Shown piece after piece: positions 48,589-58,220 of a DNA stretch of 64,000 nt; position 1 is the first letter of the stretch; each line of letters starts with the position of its first letter. The DNA is from Nitrospirota bacterium. Lineage in GTDB: Bacteria; Nitrospirota; UBA9217. The notes beneath the pieces were generated by a model, which was given only the letters and a program-made list of their open reading frames with translations, made no database searches and was not told the origin of the DNA. The position numbers and the translations under genes were made by a program. Where the stretch lies: NCBI GenBank assembly GCA_963751455.1, contig CAVVUN010000001.1, positions 352,001 through 416,000 of the forward strand, read 5' to 3'.

Positions 48589-49845
48589 TCATAGTCCGTC
48601 CAGAAAGTTCGTCACAACCAGCAGGACGGTGAGCGCGATAAGAATGTAGACCGTGGTCCAGGTGATGATGTTCATCCGTCTGGAGTTGACGTACTCTCCC
48701 ATGATGGATTTGTCGTTCACGAGCTTGAGCATGATGATCAGCACGATCGGCAGGAGTATCCCGTTAATGGTCTGGGACACGAACATGATCTTGATGAGCG
48801 GCGCTCCGGGCAGAAGGATCGCTCCGGCGCCGATCACGATAAATGCCGTATAAAAGCCGAGAAACTGGGGCGCTTCCTTGAAACTCTTGCTGATCCCCGA
48901 CTCCCATCCGAAAGCCTCTGATAGCCCGTACGCAGTTGCCAAAGGCAGCACGAACGCGGCCAGAACCGAGGCGTTCAGGAGGCCGAGAGCGAACAGGTGC
49001 GAAGCAAAATCGCCGGCCAACGGTTCAAGCGCCCGGGCAGCGTCCTCGGCCGAGTTAACGATGACTCCGGCAGGATGAAGTATGGTCCCAGTCGCAAGAA
49101 TGATGAAAAAAGCGATGAACACGGTCATGAACGACCCGGCATACACGTCGAACCTTGCAAAACCGTATTCCTCTATGCGAACGCCCTTGTCCACGACGGC
49201 GGACTGAAGATAAAACTGCATATAGGGCGTAATCGTGGTCCCGACCATGGTGATAAAGAGCAATATATAGTCCTTGTCCATTCTGATACTCGGCACCGCG
49301 ATCTGCTTGGCGACTTCTGACCAAGCCGGCTTGGCCATGAACCCGGAAACCACGTACGTAAGGTAAATCAGGCTGATTCCGATGAGAAATCGTTCTACCT
49401 GCTTGAAGTTACCCTTCACGACAACAAACCAGACGATAAAGGCGGAGGCCGGAACGGAAAGGTATTTGCTCACATGGAAGAGTTCCATGCTTGCGGCAAT
49501 CCCTGCGAATTCGGCTATGGTTACGGTGAGATTGGCGAATATGAAAAGAGCCATTACGGCAAGCGTAACTTTGACGCCGAATTGTTCGCGTACGAGGTCG
49601 CCGAACCCCTTCCCTGTCACGACGCCCATCCTGGATGACATCTCCTGAACAACTGCAAGAGCAACCGTAATAAGTACGAGCGCCCACAGGAGTCCGTACC
49701 CTTCACGGGCCCCGACAATCGAATACGTTGCTATGCCGCCGGCGTCATTTCCCGCGTTCCCGGCAATGAAACCCGGCCCGATTATGCCGAATAGCACAAT
49801 GATTCCGGGAAACTTCATATTTTTGATTCTCTCGAGCAGTTTCAC
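48589..49845 (-). CDS. Nramp-family divalent metal transporter (NRMT-like, probably Mg2+)
   Basis: GPGFI..NAGNDAGGIATY, QEMSSRMGVVTGKG and GTTITPYM; about 11 TM; SD GAGG before GTG 49845. Confidence 0.92.
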   Translation of the reverse strand: MKLLERIKNMKFPGIIVLFGIIGPGFIAGNAGNDAGGIATYSIVGAREGYGLLWALVLITVALAVVQEMSSRMGVVTGKGFGDLVREQFGVKVTLAVMALFIFANLTVTIAEFAGIAASMELFHVSKYLSVPASAFIVWFVVVKGNFKQVERFLIGISLIYLTYVVSGFMAKPAWSEVAKQIAVPSIRMDKDYILLFITMVGTTITPYMQFYLQSAVVDKGVRIEEYGFARFDVYAGSFMTVFIAFFIILATGTILHPAGVIVNSAEDAARALEPLAGDFASHLFALGLLNASVLAAFVLPLATAYGLSEAFGWESGISKSFKEAPQFLGFYTAFIVIGAGAILLPGAPLIKIMFVSQTINGILLPIVLIIMLKLVNDKSIMGEYVNSRRMNIITWTTVYILIALTVLLVVTNFLDGL

Positions 49846-49883
49846 GCAAACCTCAGAGGGCAGCCTTTGGAAGAGAAAAACTT

Positions 49884-49955
49884 GCATAGCGCAGAGCGCA
49901 TGGCGCATGGGGTAAATCTGCAATATTTGGCGCTCTGCTCTATGCTCTATGCGCT
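49884..49955. repeat. Palindromic element of inverted 7-mer tandem repeats
   Basis: GCATAGCGCAGAGCGCATGGCGCATGG ... GCGCTCTGCTCTATGCTCTATGCGCT. Confidence 0.78.
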
Positions 49956-49967
49956 TACAGTTTATCT

Positions 49968-51233
49968 TTACATTTTTCTTCGTTTTTTCCTGGATGCAGG
50001 CGGCAGGAGGAAATCCATTACGTCATCAACAGTCACAATGCCTTTCATGACCCTGTTTTCGTCGACAACGGGAGCGGCCAGGAGATTATATTTAGAGATG
50101 AATTCAGCGACATCTTCCTGCTGTATCTCCAGGGGAAGTGTTTTTACGGGAGTCTTCATGACATCACGCAGCCTTGCATCGGGTGCTGCCAGGATAAGGT
50201 TTTTAAGCGACAGAATACCCATAAGGCGGTCTTCTTCATCGAGAATATACAGGTAATAGATCGTTTCAACGTTCGGCGCCTCAAGCCGGAGTTCCCTGAT
50301 GGCTTCCTCCACGGTTATATCCGGCGGGAAGGAAAGATATTCCGTGGTCATGAGACCGCCGGCAGTGTCTTCTTCATGCTCAAGCAGTTCCTGGACATCC
50401 TCAGCCTCCTCTTTTTCCATCAGGTTGATGAGTTCCTGGGCTTTGGCCTCGGGAAGGTCGCCGAGCACGTCCGCCGCCTCGTCGGGAGGCATCCGTTCCA
50501 GGATGTCCGACGCCCGCTCCTTGGACATATCATCGATGATGTCCGCCTGGACGCTCGGTTCGAGCTCATGAAGCGCCTCGGCTGCGGTGTCGACGTCGAG
50601 ACTGCCGAAGATCGCGGTGCGTTCCTTCTGAGACACCTCGCTGATGATCTCGGCGAGATCCGCCGGATGAAGACTGGCGACTTTCTGGCGCGCAATCGTG
50701 AGCTTCAGGTTGGTCAGCTTGGGTTGTATCGGCTGAAGATAGTGCCAGCCGATCAGCCTCTGTTGGAGCTTACGGTTGAATACGGACATCACTTTCTCAC
50801 CGCGCGCTTCCAGGCCGAGCCTTCGCAGGATCCCTCCCAGTCCTATGTCGGCAGCCACAAGACAGAGCTTACCCTTGATGTCCGCCAGTTTCAAATCATT
50901 GACCCGGACCAGTTTTGCGCCATTGATGTCCACGATCTGCTTGTCGAGCACGTCGCGGCAAATGAGTATATCGGTCGGGGCGGGTATGGCGGGAACCAGG
51001 GTCGAAATGACCGCATTTACGGAAATGACACGACGATTGAAGAGATTTACGAGTTCCCAGGGGAGGATGTAGTTGTTCCTGCCCGAGACAACCAGGAGCG
51101 AAATGACGGCCGGAAAACGCTCTCCCATGCCGACGATGAGATCCCTGAGCTTGCCGATCTCCTCGCCGGTTTGATCAAGCACCGGTTTTTTGTAAACCTC
51201 GCTGATAAATATCGTTCCGGCAAGATACGGCAT
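49968..51233 (-). CDS. MgtE intracellular N-domain/CBS protein with PRC barrels, no membrane domain
   Basis: LDKQIVDING..VRVND, LHPADLAEII, EDTAGGLMTTE and GIVTVDD; promoter TTGACA-17-TATAAA at 51295-51267. Confidence 0.92.
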   Translation of the reverse strand: MPYLAGTIFISEVYKKPVLDQTGEEIGKLRDLIVGMGERFPAVISLLVVSGRNNYILPWELVNLFNRRVISVNAVISTLVPAIPAPTDILICRDVLDKQIVDINGAKLVRVNDLKLADIKGKLCLVAADIGLGGILRRLGLEARGEKVMSVFNRKLQQRLIGWHYLQPIQPKLTNLKLTIARQKVASLHPADLAEIISEVSQKERTAIFGSLDVDTAAEALHELEPSVQADIIDDMSKERASDILERMPPDEAADVLGDLPEAKAQELINLMEKEEAEDVQELLEHEEDTAGGLMTTEYLSFPPDITVEEAIRELRLEAPNVETIYYLYILDEEDRLMGILSLKNLILAAPDARLRDVMKTPVKTLPLEIQQEDVAEFISKYNLLAAPVVDENRVMKGIVTVDDVMDFLLPPASRKKRRKM

Positions 51234-51417
51234 GGCGGCTCCGGCGCAGTTTTTTGAATGCATTTGTTTATACCAGCGCTCCTCAGGTATGTCAAGAAAA
51301 AACCCGTAAACAACAAGAAAAATATGCTACAATAGAATCAAGGTTTGGCGGTTTTCGAAGAATGCGTCGTCCACGTCGTCCACAATGATATCGTATGCAC
51401 GAAAGGAGATGAGAGGC

Positions 51418-52020
51418 ATGGGGGAACAGACTATAAAAGATGTCAAGAAAGAAATATACCTTATCATGCATAAGTCTCTTGAGATGCTCGAGCTGACTGA
51501 TGAAGGGTTTGCCAGGAACAAGCTGTCGTCTCTTGACAGGGCCGATGAACTTGCAAAGGAAATCCAGGTCAAAGAAGACATGTTGACAGCGATGCTGGCG
51601 AAAATGGCGTCCGTAAACAGCGAAGCACGGTCTCTTTTGGTTGTCCCGTCGCATATTGAAAAGATCGCGACCAGCATTAAGCGAATAACCCAGAACAGCC
51701 GGGAACGGATCAAGGAAGGCATGCTGTTCAGCGACAAGGCGATGGTGGAAACGGCAAATTTATTTGCAAAAACAAAAGAGGTGCTGAAGAAAGCTGCTGA
51801 ATCCGCCGTAACCGGCGCAAAAGCCACGATCGAAAGTACCATAGAAGCCGGCATCGTAGTTGAACGAATGGCAAATGAATTCGCTACAGCGCACGAGGAG
51901 CGTCTCGTAACAGGAGAATGCTCCCCGAAATCATCTTCAACATATTTGTGCATTCTGTATGCATTCGAGGACGTGAGCGCCCACATCAGGGACGCTACCC
52001 GCAGACTGGCAGGTCAATAA
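51418..52020 (+). CDS. PhoU-like helical domain protein
   Basis: Two helical repeats; HIEKIA...FSDKA..E...HEERL..GEC.P pattern. Confidence 0.7.
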   Translation: MGEQTIKDVKKEIYLIMHKSLEMLELTDEGFARNKLSSLDRADELAKEIQVKEDMLTAMLAKMASVNSEARSLLVVPSHIEKIATSIKRITQNSRERIKEGMLFSDKAMVETANLFAKTKEVLKKAAESAVTGAKATIESTIEAGIVVERMANEFATAHEERLVTGECSPKSSSTYLCILYAFEDVSAHIRDATRRLAGQ

Positions 52021-52036
52021 ATTCCCTTCGCTGAAC

Positions 52037-52065
52037 GGGCAGGTTTAAAACCTGCCCCCGATTTT
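52037..52065 (+). terminator. Probable intrinsic terminator
   Basis: GGGCAGG-TTTAAAA-CCTGCCC followed by a short T tract. Confidence 0.55.
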
Positions 52066-52122
52066 CATCCGGCAACCGCCATCAGGTGCACTTTCAAGGC
52101 GTCATTACTAATGCCTCATGCC

Positions 52123-52256
52123 GTCATTCCGGACTTGATCCGGAATCCAGGGACTTTTCAAGAAAACTCTGGATTTCTGCGCCTCGACTGAGCGACTCGA
52201 CTGAGCTCGTCGAAATCTCACGCCGAAGTCTCGTCGAAGTCTTTCGCAGGAATGAC
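52123..52256. repeat. RPE/REP-like palindrome carrying nested 24-bp insertions
   Basis: GTCATTCCGGACTTGATCCGGAATCCAG ... CTGGATTTCTGC[insert about 52181-52241]TTTCGCAGGAATGAC. Confidence 0.8.
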
Positions 52257-52486
52257 GATTGGTGAGGCTTTACTACTGTAGGCCTTACTATTGTTCCCTT
52301 CCACACAAGTCCCCTCTTTTCAATGCAAACCCGGTAATGCTTTTTTATACTTTGTTCTTTAGACATGTATTTGAAAAGCGTTACAGTACGTGTTACTCTT
52401 ATACCAGCCGTTCGGAAAAGTACATGCAAGATTTGAACTCGCCTTTCTTCGGCGCGTCTTCCTCACCGATATTTACGGAGGGCTTC

Positions 52487-54949
52487 ATGGAACGCTTTAT
52501 CTGCATCCACGGCCATTTTTATCAGCCGCCCAGGGAGAATCCCTGGCTCGAGTTCATTGAGGTCCAGGACTCTGCGTTTCCCTATCATGACTGGAACGAA
52601 CGGATCACGGCTGAATGCTATGCACCGAATTCAGCATCGCGCCTCCTGGACGGCGAGGGCCGCATCACCAACATCGTCAGCAATTATGAGAAAATCAGCT
52701 TCAACTTCGGCCCTACGCTGCTCAGTTGGATGGAGAAACACGCAGCCGAACTTTATGCGTCAATACTTGAAGCGGACTCCAGGAGCGCCGAACGCCATTC
52801 CGGCCACGGAAATGCTATGGCTCAGGTCTTTAACCACATGATCATGCCGCTTGCCAATTCACGGGACAAACGGACGCAGATACTCTGGGGAATCACCGAT
52901 TTCCAACACCGGTTCAAGCGATTTCCTGAAGGCATGTGGCTATCGGAAACCGCAGTGGACCTTGAGACGCTCGAGATGCTCTCCGAGCACGGGTTAAAAT
53001 TCACGGTGCTCGCGCCGAACCAGGCGTCAAAAGTCAGAAAAATCGGCGCCGATAAATGGGAGGACGTAACAGGGGGGCATATCGACCCGACCCGTGGCTA
53101 TGTCTGCAAACTCCCTTCCGGCAGGAATATCAATATATTTTTCTATGACGGTCCCATATCCCGCGCGGTTGCCTTTGAAAAACTGCTCGGCAGCGGAGAA
53201 CATTTCGCAAACCGCCTTGTTACGGGTTTCTCCGATGCCCGTGCGTGGGATGAGATCCTGAATATCGCGACTGACGGGGAATCCTACGGACATCATCACA
53301 AATACGGCGATATGGCGCTGGCATATGCGCTCGATTACATAGAAAAGAAGAATCTTGCGAAGCTTACTAATTACGGCGAATATCTCGGCAAGCACCCTCC
53401 CGGATACGAAGTCCAGGTGCATGATAATTCATCCTGGAGCTGCATCCACGGCATAGAACGCTGGAGGAGCAACTGCGGCTGTAATTCGGGTGGCTACTCC
53501 GGCTGGAACCAGGAGTGGCGAAAGCCGCTCCGCGAGTCCCTTGACTGGCTCAGGGACCTGATCGCCCTGCTTTTCGAGGCAAGGGCTGGAGAATACCTGA
53601 ACGATCCCTGGATAGCCCGGGATCATTATGCCGAGGTGCTGTTGAACAGATCTGAAGACCGGATCCGGGCTTTTCTCATAAAACATGCGCGCCGGGACCT
53701 GAACCAGGCTGAAAAAACGATTGTTCTCGAGCTTATGGAGCTGCAGCGGCATTGCATGCTGATGTACACCAGTTGCGGCTGGTTTTTTGACGAGCTTTCC
53801 GGTATCGAAACGGTGCAGGTGATATTTTACGCCGGACGGGCCATACAACTGGCCGAAAAAATATTCGGTCTTGAGCTCCAAAACCAGTTCAAGGAGAAAA
53901 TAGCAAGGGCGAAGTCGAACATTCCCTACTGGAAGGACGGGGCAAACATCTATGAACACACCGTAAAGCCTGTGGTCGTTGACCTGAAAAAAGTGGCGGC
54001 GCATTTTGCGATCAGTTCCTTTATCAGCGACTACCCTGAGACGTCCACTATTTTCAGGTATACCATAAAGAAAAACGATTTTCATGCGCTGCAGGCCGGA
54101 GAAGCGAAACTTCGAATCGGCAAAATAACCGTCAGGTCCGAAATAACGCTCGATTCAGCAGAATTCGCGTTCTCGGCCGTCCATCTCGGCGGCCATATTT
54201 TCAATGCGGGAGTAAGATATTTCCAGGACGACAAGACGTATGAAGCGCTCAAAAATGAAATGACCACGATGTTCCAGAAGGGCGATCTCGCAGATGTTAT
54301 ACGCTACATGGATCAGGAGTTCGGCGTGGAAGCCTTCTCTCTCATGGATATGTTCAGGGATGAGCAGCGAAAAATCATCAACATTGCGCTGGCCGAAACA
54401 TCGGAAGATTTTGAAGATGCGTACCGCCATCTGTACGAGGACCACCGCACCCTGATGGGCTTCATGAAAGACTCGGGGATGCCTGTACCAAGGGGCTTTA
54501 TGGCCGCGGCCGAATTTTCCCTCGTAGCCGAGATTAAAAAAGAGTTCTCGAAACAGAAAATAGACGCTGAGAGGATAAAACATATAATCAGTGAGGCAGG
54601 CAAATGGAACATTACGCTCGACAGCGGGCTGGAGTTTATGGTGCGACGCAAAGGGGAAGACCTGGTCGACCGGCTGAGGAGGTCCCCGTACGATAATGTG
54701 CTTCTTATGGAGTTTCTCACACTGATGGAACTTTTGAGGACGATGCCTGTCGAGATAAATTACTGGATCATGCAGAACGCGTATCTCGAAATTGCAAAGA
54801 GCGTTTACAAGGAATTGCGGGACAATGCCAAGCTCGGAAGCGAGCCCGCCGCCAAATGGATCGAGGCCTTCAGGCGCACCGGAAATCTTCTTTTCTTCAA
54901 CATAAATGCGATACTTCCTGAGGATGAAAAGCAGGAGAAGGCGGCATGA
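52487..54949 (+). CDS. Glycoside hydrolase family 57 protein with DUF3536
   Basis: ICIHGHFYQPPRENPW, GMWLSETAVD, ATDGESYGHH and MYTSCGWFFDE; SD GGAGG before ATG 52487. Confidence 0.93.
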   Translation: MERFICIHGHFYQPPRENPWLEFIEVQDSAFPYHDWNERITAECYAPNSASRLLDGEGRITNIVSNYEKISFNFGPTLLSWMEKHAAELYASILEADSRSAERHSGHGNAMAQVFNHMIMPLANSRDKRTQILWGITDFQHRFKRFPEGMWLSETAVDLETLEMLSEHGLKFTVLAPNQASKVRKIGADKWEDVTGGHIDPTRGYVCKLPSGRNINIFFYDGPISRAVAFEKLLGSGEHFANRLVTGFSDARAWDEILNIATDGESYGHHHKYGDMALAYALDYIEKKNLAKLTNYGEYLGKHPPGYEVQVHDNSSWSCIHGIERWRSNCGCNSGGYSGWNQEWRKPLRESLDWLRDLIALLFEARAGEYLNDPWIARDHYAEVLLNRSEDRIRAFLIKHARRDLNQAEKTIVLELMELQRHCMLMYTSCGWFFDELSGIETVQVIFYAGRAIQLAEKIFGLELQNQFKEKIARAKSNIPYWKDGANIYEHTVKPVVVDLKKVAAHFAISSFISDYPETSTIFRYTIKKNDFHALQAGEAKLRIGKITVRSEITLDSAEFAFSAVHLGGHIFNAGVRYFQDDKTYEALKNEMTTMFQKGDLADVIRYMDQEFGVEAFSLMDMFRDEQRKIINIALAETSEDFEDAYRHLYEDHRTLMGFMKDSGMPVPRGFMAAAEFSLVAEIKKEFSKQKIDAERIKHIISEAGKWNITLDSGLEFMVRRKGEDLVDRLRRSPYDNVLLMEFLTLMELLRTMPVEINYWIMQNAYLEIAKSVYKELRDNAKLGSEPAAKWIEAFRRTGNLLFFNINAILPEDEKQEKAA

Positions 54950-54966
54950 TTTTTGACCGGAGCAAG

Positions 54967-54997
54967 GCACCCGGGGACGGCAAAGCGCCCCGGGTGC
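54967..54997. terminator. Hairpin between convergent genes
   Basis: 10-bp stem GCACCCGGGG/CCCCGGGTGC. Confidence 0.6.
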
Positions 54998-55010
54998 AAA
55001 TAGGAAATCG

Positions 55011-55493
55011 CTATCGTATTAAGTGTGCGTGAGCTTCAGTTCCTCCCTCATACGGAAGGCACACTGTTGATTCATCGACTGCCATTCCAAGCACGTACAC
55101 CATATGCCCTCCAAGCCAGCCTGACACCCCGATAAAAAGTACGCCGACTATTGATAGGATAAACGGAAGGACCGTCTCAGGCGCTCCTCTGCGAAGGAAG
55201 AAATCGAGCGTAAACAAAACAAGCGCGCCGACGTTTATGAGCATGTGCCATAGAGCGATCTTTTTCGTCCGGGACGGTTTCATGGCCAGGTAATCCAGAA
55301 AGCCGGGCACCGCGGCCACTATTGCCCCGATGATTCCGCCCGCCAGCGAATAATACGCTACCGTCGCCCAGTTTGCGTTACCGCCAAGCCGGTATATGAT
55401 ATCTGCTACAAGTGAGAAAACCCACAGTCCGATCGGAAACGGAATAAGCATCGGATGGACCGGATGATTGACGACTCTAACTTTGTCTTTCAT
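55011..55493 (-). CDS. DUF2231 membrane protein
   Basis: HPVHPMLIPFPIGLW, AAVPGFLDY, H..IN and GWLGGHMVY..G. Confidence 0.88.
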   Translation of the reverse strand: MKDKVRVVNHPVHPMLIPFPIGLWVFSLVADIIYRLGGNANWATVAYYSLAGGIIGAIVAAVPGFLDYLAMKPSRTKKIALWHMLINVGALVLFTLDFFLRRGAPETVLPFILSIVGVLFIGVSGWLGGHMVYVLGMAVDESTVCLPYEGGTEAHAHLIR

Positions 55494-55732
55494 GCTTTAC
55501 CTCCTCTAACTCCGGAAAAAACCGGGCTGAAACACCCCGATTTTACCGCAATTCAAAGCCGCAATTTTACGGCGCCTCCCACAGTTCAAATATACCATAT
55601 GTTGCGCATATCAACAAGTTTGGACATTCTTCGAGCCAGTCACAATATATGATTATCCCCGTTCTTCTAATAATTATTACTGATGAAATCGTAAGAAGGC
55701 CGCGTAATATATGGCTCTTCTATGCATCATTT

Positions 55733-56053
55733 CTAAAACGTTTTCAGAACATATTCAGCGATTTTTTTCGCGTCCGCGTCGGGCACTGATTTTGTGTCGA
55801 ATTTCGTCATACCGGGTCCCGGGTTCCTCATGTTTTTGACAATGTCTGCCGCATTTATTATACCATTGGCCTCACGGGCTTTCTTGTGAAGTGTTTTCGC
55901 GGGATTAATGATATTGCCCCCGTCAGGGTGGCACGAAGCGCAAAACTGTTTATAGAGCGCCTCACCCGTCTTCACCTCTTCTTTCGCAAACCCTGCTGAG
56001 CCGAATACGAAAACAACAAGGGAAAGCATGATAGCTGCCATAATTTTCTTCAT
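55733..56053 (-). CDS. Monoheme class I cytochrome c (c6-like)
   Basis: SD AAGGAGG, signal peptide, GEALYKQFCASCHPDGGNII and the axial Met in PGPGM. Confidence 0.9.
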   Translation of the reverse strand: MKKIMAAIMLSLVVFVFGSAGFAKEEVKTGEALYKQFCASCHPDGGNIINPAKTLHKKAREANGIINAADIVKNMRNPGPGMTKFDTKSVPDADAKKIAEYVLKTF

Positions 56054-56183
56054 TTTTGTGTTCCTCCTTCGATCAATACGAATTTGATTTAACCGACGAA
56101 TCACCTTTGTGGTTTTATGTAATTGTGTGGTTAAATTTTTTCCGGTTTTTCGTCTTACCCGATTTTTAGCCCGCCGAAAAACG

Positions 56184-58220
56184 CTATTCCCCTGTGTTAA
56201 CGAGGCATCTCAGGACCTCACCAACACTCCAGGCCTGTGCGATACAGCCTCTCGGGTAAAAGGGCTTTTCCGCGTCGAACACCTCGCTGATTGAACCGAT
56301 GCACGCCTCGTTGAGATGCTTCTGAAAGCCTTCCAAAAATAGGCGTGCGCCGGCAAGGTCGCCTGGATTTACTTTTAACCATGCATCGATAAAAGGACCA
56401 ATAAGCCATGCCCATACAGTGCCCTGATGATAGGCTGCATCCCGGGCACGAAGATCTCCGAAATATTTGGATTTGTAATCAGGATGTTCGGGAGCAAGGG
56501 AGCGCAGACCAACAGGCGTCAGCAGCTTCGCTTGAACGGTGTCCACAACCGGCTTCCAGTGCGCGGGATCCAGGACCGGATGCGTGAGCGATATCGCGAA
56601 CAGCTGGTTCGGCCGGCAGGCAGGATCGTCCCCTTGTTCTCCGTCCACAACATCATAGCAGAATCCCAGAGACTCGCTCCAGAACCTCCTGTTGAAGGAC
56701 AATCTGGCCTGCTCGGCGTATTGCGTGAAACGGCCTGCTGCGGCTTCCCCCTGCTCTTCCCGCACCCATCCTTCGAGCAGGCGCAGGGAATTGTACCACA
56801 GCGCATTAATCTCGACGGCCTTGCCGCGGCGCGGTGTGACCACCCAGTCGTCGACTTTCGCGTCCATCCAGGTAAGCTGGCAGCCCTTTTCGCCCTGCTT
56901 CAAAAGCCCGTCTGCCGGATCAACGCCGATCCCGAACCTGGTCCCGCGAACGTGGTGGTCCACGATGTCGATGAGTTTCGGCAGCACGAGGCGAAGTGTC
57001 TCACGGTCAGCAGTTGCGTGCAGATACCGGTGCAGCGCATGAAAGAACCAGAGCGTGGCATCGGCCGTGTGATAGAGCCCCCCTTTCCGCCGTTCAGGAA
57101 AAAGATTGGGAATAAGGCCGTCATGGATGTAGTGAGCGAAGGTGCGTAAGATGTATCCGGCCTCCGTATGCCTTCCGGTGGCAAGCGTAAGCCCTTCCAG
57201 GCTGATCATTGTGTCCCGCCCCCAGTCGGTAAACCAGTGGTATCCCGCGATCACTGTCCGGACCTCGTCCCCGGCTGCCCGCGCAACCACGTCCTCGGCC
57301 CGTCCCTCCGGGGTTATCAGGAACTGATCGGCGGCAAGGACGAGTTCGGCAGCCAGGCCTGCCCGGGCATAGGAATGGGCAGTAAAGAGAAGGCGCCGGC
57401 GGCGTTCGCGGTCGGCATTGATTGCGTCCTGCGGCGCAAGGTCGGCGATCGTGTCCCATGACTCGGTGGATGCGACCAGGGTCGCATCGCGCCCCTCTTC
57501 AAGATCGACAGCGAAATATCCGGGGCTCCAGAGCTCCCCGGTGCTTTCGTAGCCCCTGCTCTCCTCAATTCTGTAAAGAAGCTGCCGGATTTTTTTCCCC
57601 TCGATCGTAAACGCCACTCTCTCTCCGTGCATGAGCATGTGCAGCGCGGGCAGGATCGAACCGGTCGACACCTCGATCCGGCCGTTTACCGAGGTAAGCA
57701 CGTACGGGTCCGTAATCGGTATATCCGTCGGCATTTCATGAGGCCGGAAATGCAGCGACGGCCTGAGCTTCAGCCGTACCCGCCCCTGACCGCTGAGAAG
57801 ACGGTAAGTAACATGGACCGTATTCTGCATGTGCGGCATGATAATACGCTTCTCGAATACGAATCCGCTTATTTCGTAGCGCCACACGGGAATTCCCATC
57901 TCCAGCCGGAATTCCTTTAAAAAATGAGGGTTCTCCAGTTCGAGCAGCCCGCCTGCAAATTCTTCTCCTGCGAGCCGCAGCACCATTTTATCGGGCAGCC
58001 GCAGCTGCTCGGACAGATGACTGAACATCAGGATACGGCCGAGAGGCGCGGGCAGGGCCGCAATCAGCAGCCCGTGATATCGACGGGTCACAACGCCCGA
58101 AATGGTTCCCGACGCGTATCCGCCGAGACCGTTTGTGACGAGCCATTCCCGCGTCAGCAAAGGCTCCACATCGGAAGAATCCGTATCCGGCCACGGAATT
58201 GAGCGGACAGGATCAGGCAT
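56184..58220 (-). CDS. Amylo-alpha-1,6-glucosidase (glycogen debranching enzyme)
   Basis: REWLVTNGLGGYASGT, AGYHWFTDWGRDTMI, LTWMDA, AYHQGTVWAWL and CIAQAWS. Confidence 0.94.
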   Translation of the reverse strand: MPDPVRSIPWPDTDSSDVEPLLTREWLVTNGLGGYASGTISGVVTRRYHGLLIAALPAPLGRILMFSHLSEQLRLPDKMVLRLAGEEFAGGLLELENPHFLKEFRLEMGIPVWRYEISGFVFEKRIIMPHMQNTVHVTYRLLSGQGRVRLKLRPSLHFRPHEMPTDIPITDPYVLTSVNGRIEVSTGSILPALHMLMHGERVAFTIEGKKIRQLLYRIEESRGYESTGELWSPGYFAVDLEEGRDATLVASTESWDTIADLAPQDAINADRERRRRLLFTAHSYARAGLAAELVLAADQFLITPEGRAEDVVARAAGDEVRTVIAGYHWFTDWGRDTMISLEGLTLATGRHTEAGYILRTFAHYIHDGLIPNLFPERRKGGLYHTADATLWFFHALHRYLHATADRETLRLVLPKLIDIVDHHVRGTRFGIGVDPADGLLKQGEKGCQLTWMDAKVDDWVVTPRRGKAVEINALWYNSLRLLEGWVREEQGEAAAGRFTQYAEQARLSFNRRFWSESLGFCYDVVDGEQGDDPACRPNQLFAISLTHPVLDPAHWKPVVDTVQAKLLTPVGLRSLAPEHPDYKSKYFGDLRARDAAYHQGTVWAWLIGPFIDAWLKVNPGDLAGARLFLEGFQKHLNEACIGSISEVFDAEKPFYPRGCIAQAWSVGEVLRCLVNTGE

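Noticed and set aside
52259-52486. N-terminal extension of the GH57 ORF (similarly the longer starts given for rnr, DUF299, TolC and the debranching enzyme)
   Set aside because: Family motifs, and SD sites where present, point to downstream starts.
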